Shown here piece after piece: positions 1-9,037 of a stretch of DNA of 42,608 nt. The stretch comes from Armatimonadota bacterium. GTDB taxonomy: Bacteria > Armatimonadota > Zipacnadia > Zipacnadales > UBA5352. Numbering within the stretch: position 1 is the first letter of the stretch; every line of letters starts with the position of its first letter. Below the pieces are notes generated by a model. That model was not told the origin of the DNA, made no database searches, and was given only the letters and a program-made list of their open reading frames with translations. The stretch is from NCBI GenBank assembly GCA_034722055.1, contig JAYENL010000036.1, positions 5,424-48,031 on the forward strand, written 5' to 3'. The translations under genes and the position numbers were made by a program.

Positions 1-2
1 GC

Positions 3-659
3 GGCGGCCACGGCCATGGGGATGACCGCGACGACCGCGGTCAGCTTCGTCAGCAGCCCCAGCCCTACGATGGCGCCCATCACCGCCGCAACCTGCAGGG
101 GCCGGTCCGACTGCATCATCCGGGAGTAGACCACCAGCGAGAGTGCCACCACCAGCGCGGCCGCGGCCTCGTTGTTGAGGGACCCGCAGACGATCTGATA
201 GGTCGAGAGGCAGCAGGCCAGGCCCATCCCGACGGCCACGGCATCCCGCCGGTCCGGGAAGATGCGCAGCGCCGCCGAGCGCGTCAGCAGGAGGGCGGCG
301 AGGCCGAAGGCGACGCTGAGCAGCCGGCCGCCCACGCAGAGGCCCGCTTCGCTGCGCCCGGCCGCCAGGTAGATGGCCGCGACCAGCGCGTAGTAGAGCG
401 GTGGGTGATGGGCCTGGGGGCTGAGGTAGACCTCTTCACCCTCGTCGATCAGCCGCTGGGGATCTTCGCCGGGAAGGGGCACGTGGCCGTCGGCGACGGC
501 TCGAACGTAGATGGCGTGGCCGGGCTCATCCGGCGCGCCGCCGCGGGGGATGACGAAGGCGTAGGCGATGGCGAAGAGGAGGTACGCGGCGAGGCCGACC
601 GCCTCAACGGCCGGCCACAGACGCCTCCGCCAGCTCCCCCCATCCCCCTGCTGATTCAT
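3..659 (-). CDS. GT-C fold membrane glycosyltransferase (GT39/PMT_2, DUF2142-like), partial: runs off left edge
   Basis: Not in the ORF track; translated by hand from ATG at 659: MNQQGDGGSWRRRLWPAVEAVGLAAYLLFAIAYAFVIPRGGAPDEPGHAIYV...QAHHPPLYYALVA...SLNNEAAA...GLGLLTKLTA. The PDE-x2-H and HPPLYY motifs plus many TM helices are typical of GT-C enzymes. Confidence 0.8.
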   Translation of the reverse strand, partial: MNQQGDGGSWRRRLWPAVEAVGLAAYLLFAIAYAFVIPRGGAPDEPGHAIYVRAVADGHVPLPGEDPQRLIDEGEEVYLSPQAHHPPLYYALVAAIYLAAGRSEAGLCVGGRLLSVAFGLAALLLTRSAALRIFPDRRDAVAVGMGLACCLSTYQIVCGSLNNEAAAALVVALSLVVYSRMMQSDRPLQVAAVMGAIVGLGLLTKLTAVVAVIPMAVAA

Positions 660-761
660 GGGGCGAGAGGATTCGCCGGCCGCGGGAGAATCCCTTCGCC
701 GCTGCCTCGCCGATCGGCGCTGGGCGACGATGGACCCGACCTCCGCCTGGATCGGCGGTGG

Positions 762-815
762 CTACAGGTCGTACATGGCGAGGATGTTCTCGCGGGGCAC
801 GTCCGGCTGGAACAC
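762..815 (-). pseudogene. Relic C-terminal fragment of a URO-D/MtaA-family gene
   Basis: Reads VFQPDVPRENILAMYDL*, matching the C-terminal motif of the intact paralogue at 6133-7191 (NIQPVGPPENVVAMYQ). Upstream codons show no similarity. Confidence 0.55.
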
Positions 816-972
816 ACGCGCAGGCACACGCGCGGCCGGGAGGTGCCGCCATGGTCCCGAAGAAGGGCTGTATGAGGCATTCGGGGGGCATATCCGTCCG
901 GGCGCTGTGCCCCGCCGGCGGGCGGTGCCGCCGGCGATCCATGACCGACACCTGGATGGTGTTCCCACCGAC

Positions 973-2304
973 ATGAGGCCCAAGGCCATCGCAGCACTGG
1001 GACTGCTGCTCTGCGCGGCGTGCGCCGCACACGCGGGCATCTATTATGATGACAGTGCTGAGTGCATCAGGGTGGTGGACTTCCCCCAGGAGGCGCCGTG
1101 CACGCTCGGGCGACTGCTGCAGATGGATCGCCTCTACGGGTGGGAGATGGTGACCTGGGATCAGGAGCGGGACGCCTACACCATCGCCGCCAACCTGTGC
1201 ATCGGCTCCAATGACGGGACCGACACGTGGTTTCAGATCGGCGGCGCGCAGCGTCCCCGCGAGACGCTTATCATGCAGGGCAACCTCGTGGTGTATCCCT
1301 ACTGGATCGAGGGCGAGAACCGCGGGGAGCACTACTCGGCGGTGCCGCGCACGGTCAATCGCCTGACCATCGGCGTGCCCGGCGACGACTCCGTGACCGC
1401 AGCGCTGAAGTTCCACGACCAGAACGAGGCGGGCTCCAGCCTCTTCCTGGGCCGCATCCCCGGGCCGGAGGGAACCGTCCGGCAGGGCCACGGCGGGCAG
1501 TTGCACGTCCACCACGGGGTCATCACCTCCGCGACGCCGCGGCCCGGCGGCGAGTTCGGCGCAACCACGGCCGTCGGCGGCATGAGCCTCACCGGCGACA
1601 GTGTGGTGCTCGACCACGCCACGCTCTCGTGGATCTCCGGCGCGGCAACCTACGGCATGAGCCACAACGCCACGGTCAGGCACAGCGTCTTCGAGCACCT
1701 GGGCACCGCCATGATCAACGGAAAGCAGGATCTGGTCGGCTGCACCTTCCGCAACTGCGAGACTGCGGTCCGAGACTACGGGAGCCTTGACGCGGTGCTG
1801 ACCGACTGCGTCTTCGAGGGCAACGAGCACAACTGGACGCTCACCTACACCGACAAGGGCCTCGTGTGCATCGACTGCACCTGGGATCAGCCCCGTGAGG
1901 GCAACCTCTACAGGTCCTGGGAGAACCCCCGCACCGGACAGGTGCAGTACCCCAGCTTCGTGTCGAAGCGGCACATCATCGTCGAGGTGGTTGACGACGC
2001 GGGGGAGCCGGTTCCCGGAGCCGTGGTGACGGCTCGATGCGAGCAGGAGACGCCTGAGCTGACCGTCGAGAACGCGACCCAGCAGACCGATGAGCTGGGC
2101 CGAACGCCGGGCGAGGGCGAGGACGGCGCCATCCTGCTGGTTGAGGTGGTCAAGCGGGCCACCGACGTCGAGAACCAGCCCGAGGTCGCGGAGTTCAGCT
2201 ACACCATCGAGGCCACCGCCGAGGGTCTGGCGCCCGGTGTGGTCGAGCACTTCCGCCCCGCCGAGAGCTGGGACGTGGTCCGCATCGTGCTCGGGAAGCG
2301 GTAG
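973..2304 (+). CDS. Secreted protein, probable right-handed beta-helix with C-terminal beta-sandwich (carboxypeptidase-regulatory-like) domain, 443 aa
   Basis: Start moved to ATG 973 because of a signal peptide (MRPKAIAALGLLLCAACAAHA). Repeating 'VRHSVFEH/LVGCTFRN/LTDCVFEGN' beta-helix-like motifs; 'VEVVDDAGEPVPGAVVT' motif near the C-terminus. Confidence 0.6.
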   Translation: MRPKAIAALGLLLCAACAAHAGIYYDDSAECIRVVDFPQEAPCTLGRLLQMDRLYGWEMVTWDQERDAYTIAANLCIGSNDGTDTWFQIGGAQRPRETLIMQGNLVVYPYWIEGENRGEHYSAVPRTVNRLTIGVPGDDSVTAALKFHDQNEAGSSLFLGRIPGPEGTVRQGHGGQLHVHHGVITSATPRPGGEFGATTAVGGMSLTGDSVVLDHATLSWISGAATYGMSHNATVRHSVFEHLGTAMINGKQDLVGCTFRNCETAVRDYGSLDAVLTDCVFEGNEHNWTLTYTDKGLVCIDCTWDQPREGNLYRSWENPRTGQVQYPSFVSKRHIIVEVVDDAGEPVPGAVVTARCEQETPELTVENATQQTDELGRTPGEGEDGAILLVEVVKRATDVENQPEVAEFSYTIEATAEGLAPGVVEHFRPAESWDVVRIVLGKR

Positions 2305-2332
2305 GCAGGTCGTGGCGAAGGAGGAGCCTGCA

Positions 2333-5300
2333 ATGGCTCGAACGCTGGCGCTCGCTGTTGTGATGCTCACCCCGCTGGTGCACTGCCTGGCGGAGGAGGC
2401 GCCCGTGCCGCCCGAGGTCACGGCCGTGGCCGCCAGGCAGCCCGTGCGCATCGACGGCCGGCTCGACGAGCCCTGCTGGCGGCGGGCCCAGCCCATGACG
2501 GACTTCCACGTGCTGGGGGAGGAGGGGGAGACAGCCGGGAACACCACCGCCCGCGTGGCCTACGACGACACCTGGCTCTACGTGGGCGTCAACTGTGCCC
2601 AGCCGGCCATCGAGAGCGTGGAGCCGACACACCTCAGTCACGATGACGCGGTGCACAGCGACGAGTCCATCGAGATCTTCATCGACCCCGGCGCGAACGG
2701 CACACCGTACTTCCACTTCAAGCTCAACTGCGCCAACGTGAAGGCCGAGCAGCGGGCTTTCGCCACCAGCGCACGGGAGACGACCTGGGACACGCCGTGG
2801 CTCTCGGCCACCAGGCTTCACCCGGAGGGGTGGGACGCTGAGGTCGCGATCCCGCTGTACGAGCTGGCGTCACACGGGGAGCTGTCGAGGGCGACCATCA
2901 ACGTCACCCGCAACGCGGTGATCCCCGACATCGACCGCCAGGGCGCGACGCTGGGCTGGAAGCGCCAGCTCAGCACCTGGGCGCCGCTGCTGCGCAGCTT
3001 CCACGAGCCCGACCTGTTCGGGGCGCTGAAGGGCCTGGACGTGGAGCGGCTGGCGGTGCCCTTCCTGGCCTCCTTCAATGACGCCACTATCGGCCCCTAC
3101 CGGATGGTGGGGGATGAGTATCGCTACGGCGTCACGCTCCAGGTCCGCGGACACAACCACAGGCCGGGCCGGGTGGAGGTGGCGGTGATCGACGAGCCGG
3201 CCTCCGGGAAGGGCCGCACCGTCACCCGGACGGTCGAGGTGGAGGGCACGGTGGCGCAGACGGTGGAGCTGTCCGTGCCCGTGGCTCTGCCGGTCGAGCG
3301 GACCACCACGGTGGTGATGACCGACGCCGCCACCGGGGCGGAGCTGCGCAGGACCCGCATCACCGACACCTCCGCCCTGGAGCTGATGTCCGCGTACCTG
3401 GACCGGACCTACTACACCACCGAGGACGAGGCGATCGTGGTGTGTTCGCTTGGCATGCGTGACGGCGCCCTCCGAGACACCATCCTCACGGCCACCGACC
3501 GGGATGGCGCCGTCCTCGCGCGCCAGGCCGACCCCGGCGGCGAGGCCCGCATCGCCATCCCCATCCGCAACCTGCCGGCCGGCAGCCACACCATCAGCCT
3601 CCAGTGGCAGCGCGCCGGCGGCGACCTCATCTTCAGCCAGGACCTGACGCTGGTCAAGCTCCCGCCCAGGCCGGGCCTGGAGTGGAAGATCGACAGGCTC
3701 AATGGGGTGATCCTGCGGGACGGCCAGCCGTTCTTCCCCTTCGGCCTGCTGATGGCGGGCATCAGCTCCGAGGACGAGGAGGACATCCGGAGGGTGGCGG
3801 AGGCCGGCTTCAACAGCATCGCCCACTGGACCTTCGCCGGCGATCCCGCTGAGGTTGGCGCCTACCTCGACGTCGCGGACAGCCACGGGCTGGCGGTGCT
3901 GGCGCGTCTCGAGGCCTGCAACAAGCGTGGCGTGGACCGGGAGATCCTCGCGGAGTTCTTCGAGGGCGAGGCCCTGGACCGCGTGGCGCAGGCCGCCAGC
4001 CACTGCGGCGCCACGCACCTCAAGGGCCTTCTGGTGAGCAACAGCGACCTGCGGAGCCTCTCCAGGGAGGCCAGGTCCCGGATCTTCGCTCAGTACTATC
4101 AGAGCACGCTGGACCCGATCCTCGAGAGCGTGCGGATCGCCAGGGAGCATGAGAACTGCATCGGATTCAACCACTTCGATGAGCCGACGCTGTCCATCTT
4201 CGACCAGCACGTCCAGGGCCGGGACCTGTATCGGCGCGTGCACGAGATCGACGGCTATCATCCCGTCTTCCTGCTCTACTCCTCCTACATCCCGGAGGGA
4301 GAGCACGCCGTCGATTGGTGTGACGCGCTGGGGACGGACCCCTACTGGGTGCCTGCCGGCCAGCCCACACGCAATACCCCCAACTTCGTCTCCAAGATCA
4401 CGCACTGGACGCGCCAGCGCGCCGACAGCATGCAGAAGGCCACCTGGATTGTGCCCATGGCCGAGTTCTGGTCGGGCGTGCACAAGCGAGCCATCCTGCC
4501 CCGCGAGCAGCACTGCCAGACCTACCTGGCGCTGATTCACGGCGCCAGGGCGCTGTGGTACTTCCGCTACCCCATCCTGCACCAGGGCACGTGGGATGCG
4601 CTGTCCGAGGTCGCGAAACAGCTCCAGGTGCTGGGGCCCATCGCGGTGACCCCGGACATCCCGCAACAGATCACGTATGATCCGGGGCAGTTCGACCCCG
4701 AGAACGAGGAGTACCCGGACGTGCAGGTGAGCCTGCGCGCCAACCCGGCCGGAGGTCAGGTGCTGCTGGCGGCCAACAGCCGCCCCTGGCCCTTGGACGT
4801 CACCTTCACGCTCTCCTGCCTGGGTGCGGAGGGCACCGTCGGGCGGCTCTTCGCGGAGGACCGGCACCAGGTGCGCGACGGCTCCTTCACCGACCGGATG
4901 GAGCCCTACGCCACCCGCGCCTACGCCATCGCGGAGCCTGCCGCGACCGCCGAGCCGGCCCGCATCCGGGTCACGATGACAGCGCACCAGGAGGCCGCCG
5001 GCGAGCCCGAGCGCGAGATCCCGCGCAGCGGCCGCACCGGGAGAAGGAACCTGCTGCCGAACCCCAGCTTCGAGGACGCCACCCTCCCCGGCTGGCCCGA
5101 CTACTACCGCCCCTGGTACTCCGAGCCGCTCATCGGCAGCCCCGATGCCGGCTGGGGCCAGGATGACACCGACCCGTGGCACGGGCAGTACTGCCTGAGG
5201 ATCACCAAGAACACCCCGCGCTACAACGGCACCTACTTCTACATCGCCCCGCAGCACAACCGCCCGGTGCGCTACGTCTTCTCGCTCTACCTCAGGGCCG

Positions 5301-5518
5301 AGCGCGACGGCATGCAGGTGACCGTCGGCGGTGGCGGCTTCGACTGGAAGAAGCTGACCCTCACGACGTCCTGGGAGCGCTACCACGTCACCGGCATCGT
5401 GCCCCCGCGTGCCGATCGCCACACTATGCTGCAGGTCAGGCTCCTCGACGACGGCAGGATCTGGGCTGACGCGCTGCAGTTCGAGGCCGGCGAGGAGCCC
5501 ACGGACTTCGAGGCCTGA
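2333..5518 (+). CDS. Secreted multidomain glycoside-hydrolase-like protein: CBM9/DOMON-like + TIM-barrel + CBM4/9-like, 1061 aa
   Basis: SD AAGGAGGAG before ATG 2333; signal peptide; 'IDGRLDEPCW..A', 'YDDTWLYV', 'DESIEIFIDP', 'WDAEVAIP' (CBM9-like); 'DGQPFFPFG', 'FNHFDEP', 'DPYW', 'YLALIHGARAL' (GH-like barrel); 'NLLPNPSFE...WADALQFE' (CBM4/9-like). Confidence 0.7.
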   Translation: MARTLALAVVMLTPLVHCLAEEAPVPPEVTAVAARQPVRIDGRLDEPCWRRAQPMTDFHVLGEEGETAGNTTARVAYDDTWLYVGVNCAQPAIESVEPTHLSHDDAVHSDESIEIFIDPGANGTPYFHFKLNCANVKAEQRAFATSARETTWDTPWLSATRLHPEGWDAEVAIPLYELASHGELSRATINVTRNAVIPDIDRQGATLGWKRQLSTWAPLLRSFHEPDLFGALKGLDVERLAVPFLASFNDATIGPYRMVGDEYRYGVTLQVRGHNHRPGRVEVAVIDEPASGKGRTVTRTVEVEGTVAQTVELSVPVALPVERTTTVVMTDAATGAELRRTRITDTSALELMSAYLDRTYYTTEDEAIVVCSLGMRDGALRDTILTATDRDGAVLARQADPGGEARIAIPIRNLPAGSHTISLQWQRAGGDLIFSQDLTLVKLPPRPGLEWKIDRLNGVILRDGQPFFPFGLLMAGISSEDEEDIRRVAEAGFNSIAHWTFAGDPAEVGAYLDVADSHGLAVLARLEACNKRGVDREILAEFFEGEALDRVAQAASHCGATHLKGLLVSNSDLRSLSREARSRIFAQYYQSTLDPILESVRIAREHENCIGFNHFDEPTLSIFDQHVQGRDLYRRVHEIDGYHPVFLLYSSYIPEGEHAVDWCDALGTDPYWVPAGQPTRNTPNFVSKITHWTRQRADSMQKATWIVPMAEFWSGVHKRAILPREQHCQTYLALIHGARALWYFRYPILHQGTWDALSEVAKQLQVLGPIAVTPDIPQQITYDPGQFDPENEEYPDVQVSLRANPAGGQVLLAANSRPWPLDVTFTLSCLGAEGTVGRLFAEDRHQVRDGSFTDRMEPYATRAYAIAEPAATAEPARIRVTMTAHQEAAGEPEREIPRSGRTGRRNLLPNPSFEDATLPGWPDYYRPWYSEPLIGSPDAGWGQDDTDPWHGQYCLRITKNTPRYNGTYFYIAPQHNRPVRYVFSLYLRAERDGMQVTVGGGGFDWKKLTLTTSWERYHVTGIVPPRADRHTMLQVRLLDDGRIWADALQFEAGEEPTDFEA

Positions 5519-5680
5519 GAGCAGAGACTCGCGTGCTATCACGCGGCACGACAACACGCCTGGTACGACCATGCTTATGCATTACCCCCATCTTGCGCGC
5601 TCGCGGAAGTTCCTTGACTGCGCTGTGCGGGGAAGTCGTTCGCCATGGAGACTGCATGCGGAAGATCTCCGGCAGTCTTT

Positions 5681-5915
5681 GGAGGGGCCGCTCCGAGCGT
5701 CGCTGCCCCGGGGGCGCGAGGAGTGAGGCCCGCCAGGGCCGAAGGTTCCACCCCGGCCCATGTCGTTGCCTGACGGCGAGCGGCAAACGGCTGGGCCGGC
5801 ATGGAACCTGCCGCCTGCGCAACACGCCCGCGCAGGCGGCACCCTGGAGTTCGGATAGCGAACTCTTAAGAGAAGCCTACTGGCTTCTCCATCGCTACGC
5901 TCGGGCGGCCCCTCC
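5681..5915. repeat. Nested inverted-repeat element (REP doublet/REPIN-like, or a structured RNA)
   Basis: Outer arms GGAGGGGCCGCTCCGAGCGTCGC (from 5681) and GCTACGCTCGGGCGGCCCCTCC (to 5915). Internal stems GGTTCCA/TGGAACC, CCGGCCCA/TGGGCCGG, TGCCGCCTGCGC/GCGCAGGCGGCA, GAGTTCG/CGAACTC, AGAAGCC/GGCTTCT. Lies between convergent genes. Confidence 0.65.
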
Positions 5916-6132
5916 GCACGACACGAACACACGCTTCAGCCCCTGCTCAACGCCATTGCGGGCCTCCCCGACGACACGGGTTGCAGAGCCATCATGGAGG
6001 GGGCGGGGCCTGATCGCCCACGAGCCTGGTGCTCTGACGGTGCTCGTATTCCCCGGTCATCAGAATCGGCTGCATGACCGGCTCTCCTCTCGCTGGCTGC
6101 ACACGGTCTACCTCGCGACGCCCGGAGCTCTC

Positions 6133-7191
6133 TCAGTACCACCCGCGGTCGTAAGCGGTCTGGTACATGGCCACGACGTTCTCCGGCGGCCCCACCGGCT
6201 GGATGTTGTGGCAGGGGGCCAGGATGTAGCCGCCGCCGGCTCCCAGCAGCTCGATGTTGTCCGCGACCTCCCGGGGCACCTCATCGATGGAGCCGAAGGG
6301 GAGCGTGTACTGGTTGTCCATGGCGCCGTGAAAGGCGATGCGATCGCCGAAGTCCGCCTTCAGCCGCTCCCGGTCCATCCCCGCGCACCGCCACTGAATG
6401 GGGTTGAGCACATCGATCCCCGCGTCGATCATGTCCGGCAGTATCCCCCGTATGGCCCCGTCGCTGTGATGGAACACGTGGGCGCCGGCACTGTGCGCCA
6501 GGTCCATCATGCGCTTCATCCGCGGCAGCAGGAACTCGTGGATCTGCCGTGGCGAGAACAGCAGTCCCTCCTGCGATCCCAGGTCTTCAGCGACGTAGGT
6601 GATCATGACCTTGCCCGGGATCGCCTGATAGATGCGCAGGGTGTGCTCGTAGCGCAGGTCGAAGAGCTTGTCGAGGCAGTAGTGGACGATGTCGGGCTTC
6701 TCGATGAGGTCGATGTAGGCCTGCTCTCTGCCCCGCAGGTTCACGTACTGGAGGAACGGCTCCGAGCCGCCGCCGCGGATCGGCTCCTCCTCGTGTCCCT
6801 CGATCTGCCGCGGAATGCCCGAGAAGTCCCACCAGTCGGCCTGCGGCCACTGGTAGCTCGCCTCGATCTCGGCGACCGTCTCGTACTGCGCCAGCGGGTG
6901 ATAGATGCACTCGGAGTAGACGCCCGTGCCGTAGTGCACCCGCGTGTGGCGACAGCCGAAGATGTCCGCGCCGCTCTCGGGCGGAGGCCCCACGTACATC
7001 GGCCCCACGCTGACCGGGTGATCGATGTGCAACCGCTCGAACATGGCGCCGGCGTCGGGGACGCCCAGGTAGTCGATCAGCTTCTGCGTGGCCTCCGCCG
7101 TCGCCCAGTAGTCCATCGGCACCCGGTCGGGTACACCTCCCTCCAGCACCGCCAGCCATCGCTCCCGCGGCGTCATCGTCTCCGTAGGCAT
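6133..7191 (-). CDS. Uroporphyrinogen decarboxylase (URO-D)/MtaA-CmuA family protein, not a canonical HemE
   Basis: MTPRERWLAVLEGGVPDRVP N-terminus; AEDLGSQEGLLFSP, HHSDG, LNPIQ, FHGAMD and GGGYILAPCHNIQ motifs. Confidence 0.85.
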   Translation of the reverse strand: MPTETMTPRERWLAVLEGGVPDRVPMDYWATAEATQKLIDYLGVPDAGAMFERLHIDHPVSVGPMYVGPPPESGADIFGCRHTRVHYGTGVYSECIYHPLAQYETVAEIEASYQWPQADWWDFSGIPRQIEGHEEEPIRGGGSEPFLQYVNLRGREQAYIDLIEKPDIVHYCLDKLFDLRYEHTLRIYQAIPGKVMITYVAEDLGSQEGLLFSPRQIHEFLLPRMKRMMDLAHSAGAHVFHHSDGAIRGILPDMIDAGIDVLNPIQWRCAGMDRERLKADFGDRIAFHGAMDNQYTLPFGSIDEVPREVADNIELLGAGGGYILAPCHNIQPVGPPENVVAMYQTAYDRGWY

Positions 7192-7390
7192 CGCGCCTTC
7201 TTCCCTTCAGGCGCCCGGCTCAGCTTGCGCGCAGCTCACCAGCTCCATGCCATGCGCACAGCGCGCATCTGCACCACTACACGTCGCAGTGTGCATTCGC
7301 CGGCGGTCGCGAGCTTCCTTGCCCGCGTTGGCATCTCGTCGCGCCTTCCCGTGCCAAGGGGATGGACCTCGGCCGGTGCTGAGCAACGGC

Positions 7391-7518
7391 GGGCGGGCAG
7401 GGAAGCCCGCCCCTCCGTACAGCAAGACGAGGACGGGGCGGACAGTTCACCGCCGCCTCCATACGCCGAAGGCACACCATGAGCCGTTCGTTGTAGGGCG
7501 CGGACCCGTGCCGCGCCT
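7391..7518. repeat. Cluster of REP-like short palindromes
   Basis: GGGCGGGC-AGGGAA-GCCCGCCC-CTCC (7391-7416), GGGGCGG...CCGCCGCCTCCA (7435-7461), GTAG-GGCGCGG-ACCCGTG-CCGCGCC (7493-7518). Each is a GC palindrome with a GGAG or GTAG foot. Confidence 0.55.
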
Positions 7519-7549
7519 GTCCTTGTCGTCATCCGCCGCCCTCACGCGG

Positions 7550-7578
7550 TTGCCCCCGAGCGGGCCTTCGGATATACT
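7550..7578 (+). promoter_or_regulatory. Putative sigma70/sigmaA promoter for the AlkP gene
   Basis: TTGCCC (7550-7555), 17-nt spacer, TATACT (7573-7578); about 60 nt upstream of ATG 7640. Confidence 0.55.
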
Positions 7579-7639
7579 GAGACCCACTGACACTCTGATA
7601 GCACTCACAACTCCGTTGGAAGGGAAGCGATCCGGCCCT

Positions 7640-9025
7640 ATGGCTGAGGCCGAACGCGTCGTCATCATCGGCTGGGACTGCGCGCCCCCCCAGCTCGTGC
7701 TCGACCAGTGGCTGGATAGGCTGCCGAACCTCAGAGCCATCGTGGATGGCGGCGCCGGAGGAACGCTGAAGAGCTCGGACCCGCCCATCACCGTCCCGGC
7801 CTGGACATGCATGATGAGCTCTCTCAATCCCGGCGCCCTGGGCTTCTTCGGCTTCCGCAACCGCCGGGTGGGGGAGTACGAGGGCAAGTGGATCGCGAAC
7901 GGCTTGGCGGTGAGGCATCCGCGCGTGTGGGACATCCTCGGGAGGGCTGACCGCCGGGTGTGCGTCATCAACGTGCCGCAGACCTACCCCGTCTCGGCGG
8001 TCAACGGCATCCTCGTCTCCTCGTTCCTGACGCCCGACACCACCTGCGAGTACACCTACCCCCCCGGCCTGGGGAAGCAGCTCGACATCATCGCCGACGG
8101 ATACATCATCGATGTGGACGGCTTCCGCACCGAGGACAAGCAGTGGCTGCTGGACGAGATCTATCGGATGACCGACAAGCGCTTCCGGGTCAGCAAGGCC
8201 CTCATGCAGGTCGATGACTGGGACTTCTTCATGATGGTTGAGATGGGGCCGGACCGCATCGAGCACGGCTTCTGGAAGTACTGCGACCCCCAGCACCCCA
8301 AGTATGAGCCCGGCAACCCCTTCGAGACCGTGCTGATCGACTACTACAGGCACCTCGACGAGCAGCTCGGCGAGCTGGTGGCGCTGGCCGGCGACGACGC
8401 CGCGATCCTCGTGGTCAGCGATCACGGCGGCAAGGCCATGATGGGCTCCTTCTGCATCAATGACTGGCTGATCCAGGAGGGCCTGCTGTGCCTCAACCGG
8501 CCGGTGATGGAGCCCACGGAGTTCGAGGAGGAGATGGTTGACTGGGAGCGCACCACCGCCTGGGCATGGGGCGGCTACTACGGCCGGCTGTTCCTGAACG
8601 TCAAGGGCCGGGAGCCGCAGGGCATGATCCCGCCGCAGGAGTATGAGAGCGTGCGCGACGACCTCATCCAGCGTATCGAGGCCATTCGCGACGACCAGGG
8701 CCGGGAGATGAACAGCCGGGTGCTGCGCCCCCAGGACATCTACACCGGCCCGCACGTGAACGACGCCCCGGACCTGCTGATCTACCTCGACGATCTGAAC
8801 TGGCGTCTGGGCCAGGAGGTCGGCAATCAGACGCTGCACACCTTCGACACCGAGATCGGGCCCGACGACTCCGTGCACGACTACCTGGGGGTAATCGCCG
8901 GGCGGCTGCCGGGCACCCGGCAGCTCGACGTCACGGGCGCGCATATCATGGATGTCGCCCCAACGGTGCTGGACATCCTGGGCGAGCCGATCCCCGAGCA
9001 CATGGAGGGCCGAAGCCTGCTGTAG
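7640..9025 (+). CDS. Alkaline phosphatase superfamily protein (type I phosphodiesterase/nucleotide pyrophosphatase-like), cytoplasmic, 461 aa
   Basis: IIGWDC (metal Asp), PPITVPAW (Thr nucleophile), GPDRIEHGFW, VSDHG, DDSVH, DVAPTVL motifs; no signal peptide. Confidence 0.85.
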   Translation: MAEAERVVIIGWDCAPPQLVLDQWLDRLPNLRAIVDGGAGGTLKSSDPPITVPAWTCMMSSLNPGALGFFGFRNRRVGEYEGKWIANGLAVRHPRVWDILGRADRRVCVINVPQTYPVSAVNGILVSSFLTPDTTCEYTYPPGLGKQLDIIADGYIIDVDGFRTEDKQWLLDEIYRMTDKRFRVSKALMQVDDWDFFMMVEMGPDRIEHGFWKYCDPQHPKYEPGNPFETVLIDYYRHLDEQLGELVALAGDDAAILVVSDHGGKAMMGSFCINDWLIQEGLLCLNRPVMEPTEFEEEMVDWERTTAWAWGGYYGRLFLNVKGREPQGMIPPQEYESVRDDLIQRIEAIRDDQGREMNSRVLRPQDIYTGPHVNDAPDLLIYLDDLNWRLGQEVGNQTLHTFDTEIGPDDSVHDYLGVIAGRLPGTRQLDVTGAHIMDVAPTVLDILGEPIPEHMEGRSLL

Positions 9026-9037
9026 GGGCTGGTAGCT

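Noticed and set aside
604..5572. Long minus-strand ORFs 604-2547 (647 aa) and 2870-5572 (900 aa)
   Set aside because: Antisense shadows of the plus-strand secreted-protein genes; expected at this GC content and without recognisable motifs.
5681..5915. Assignment as SRP RNA, 6S RNA, RNase P RNA or retron msr-msd
   Set aside because: CCCGCCAGGGCCGAAGG only partly resembles SRP helix 8 and lacks the following AGCAG; no GAGGAAAGUCC; the resemblance to 6S is limited to the closing stem; no reverse transcriptase nearby.
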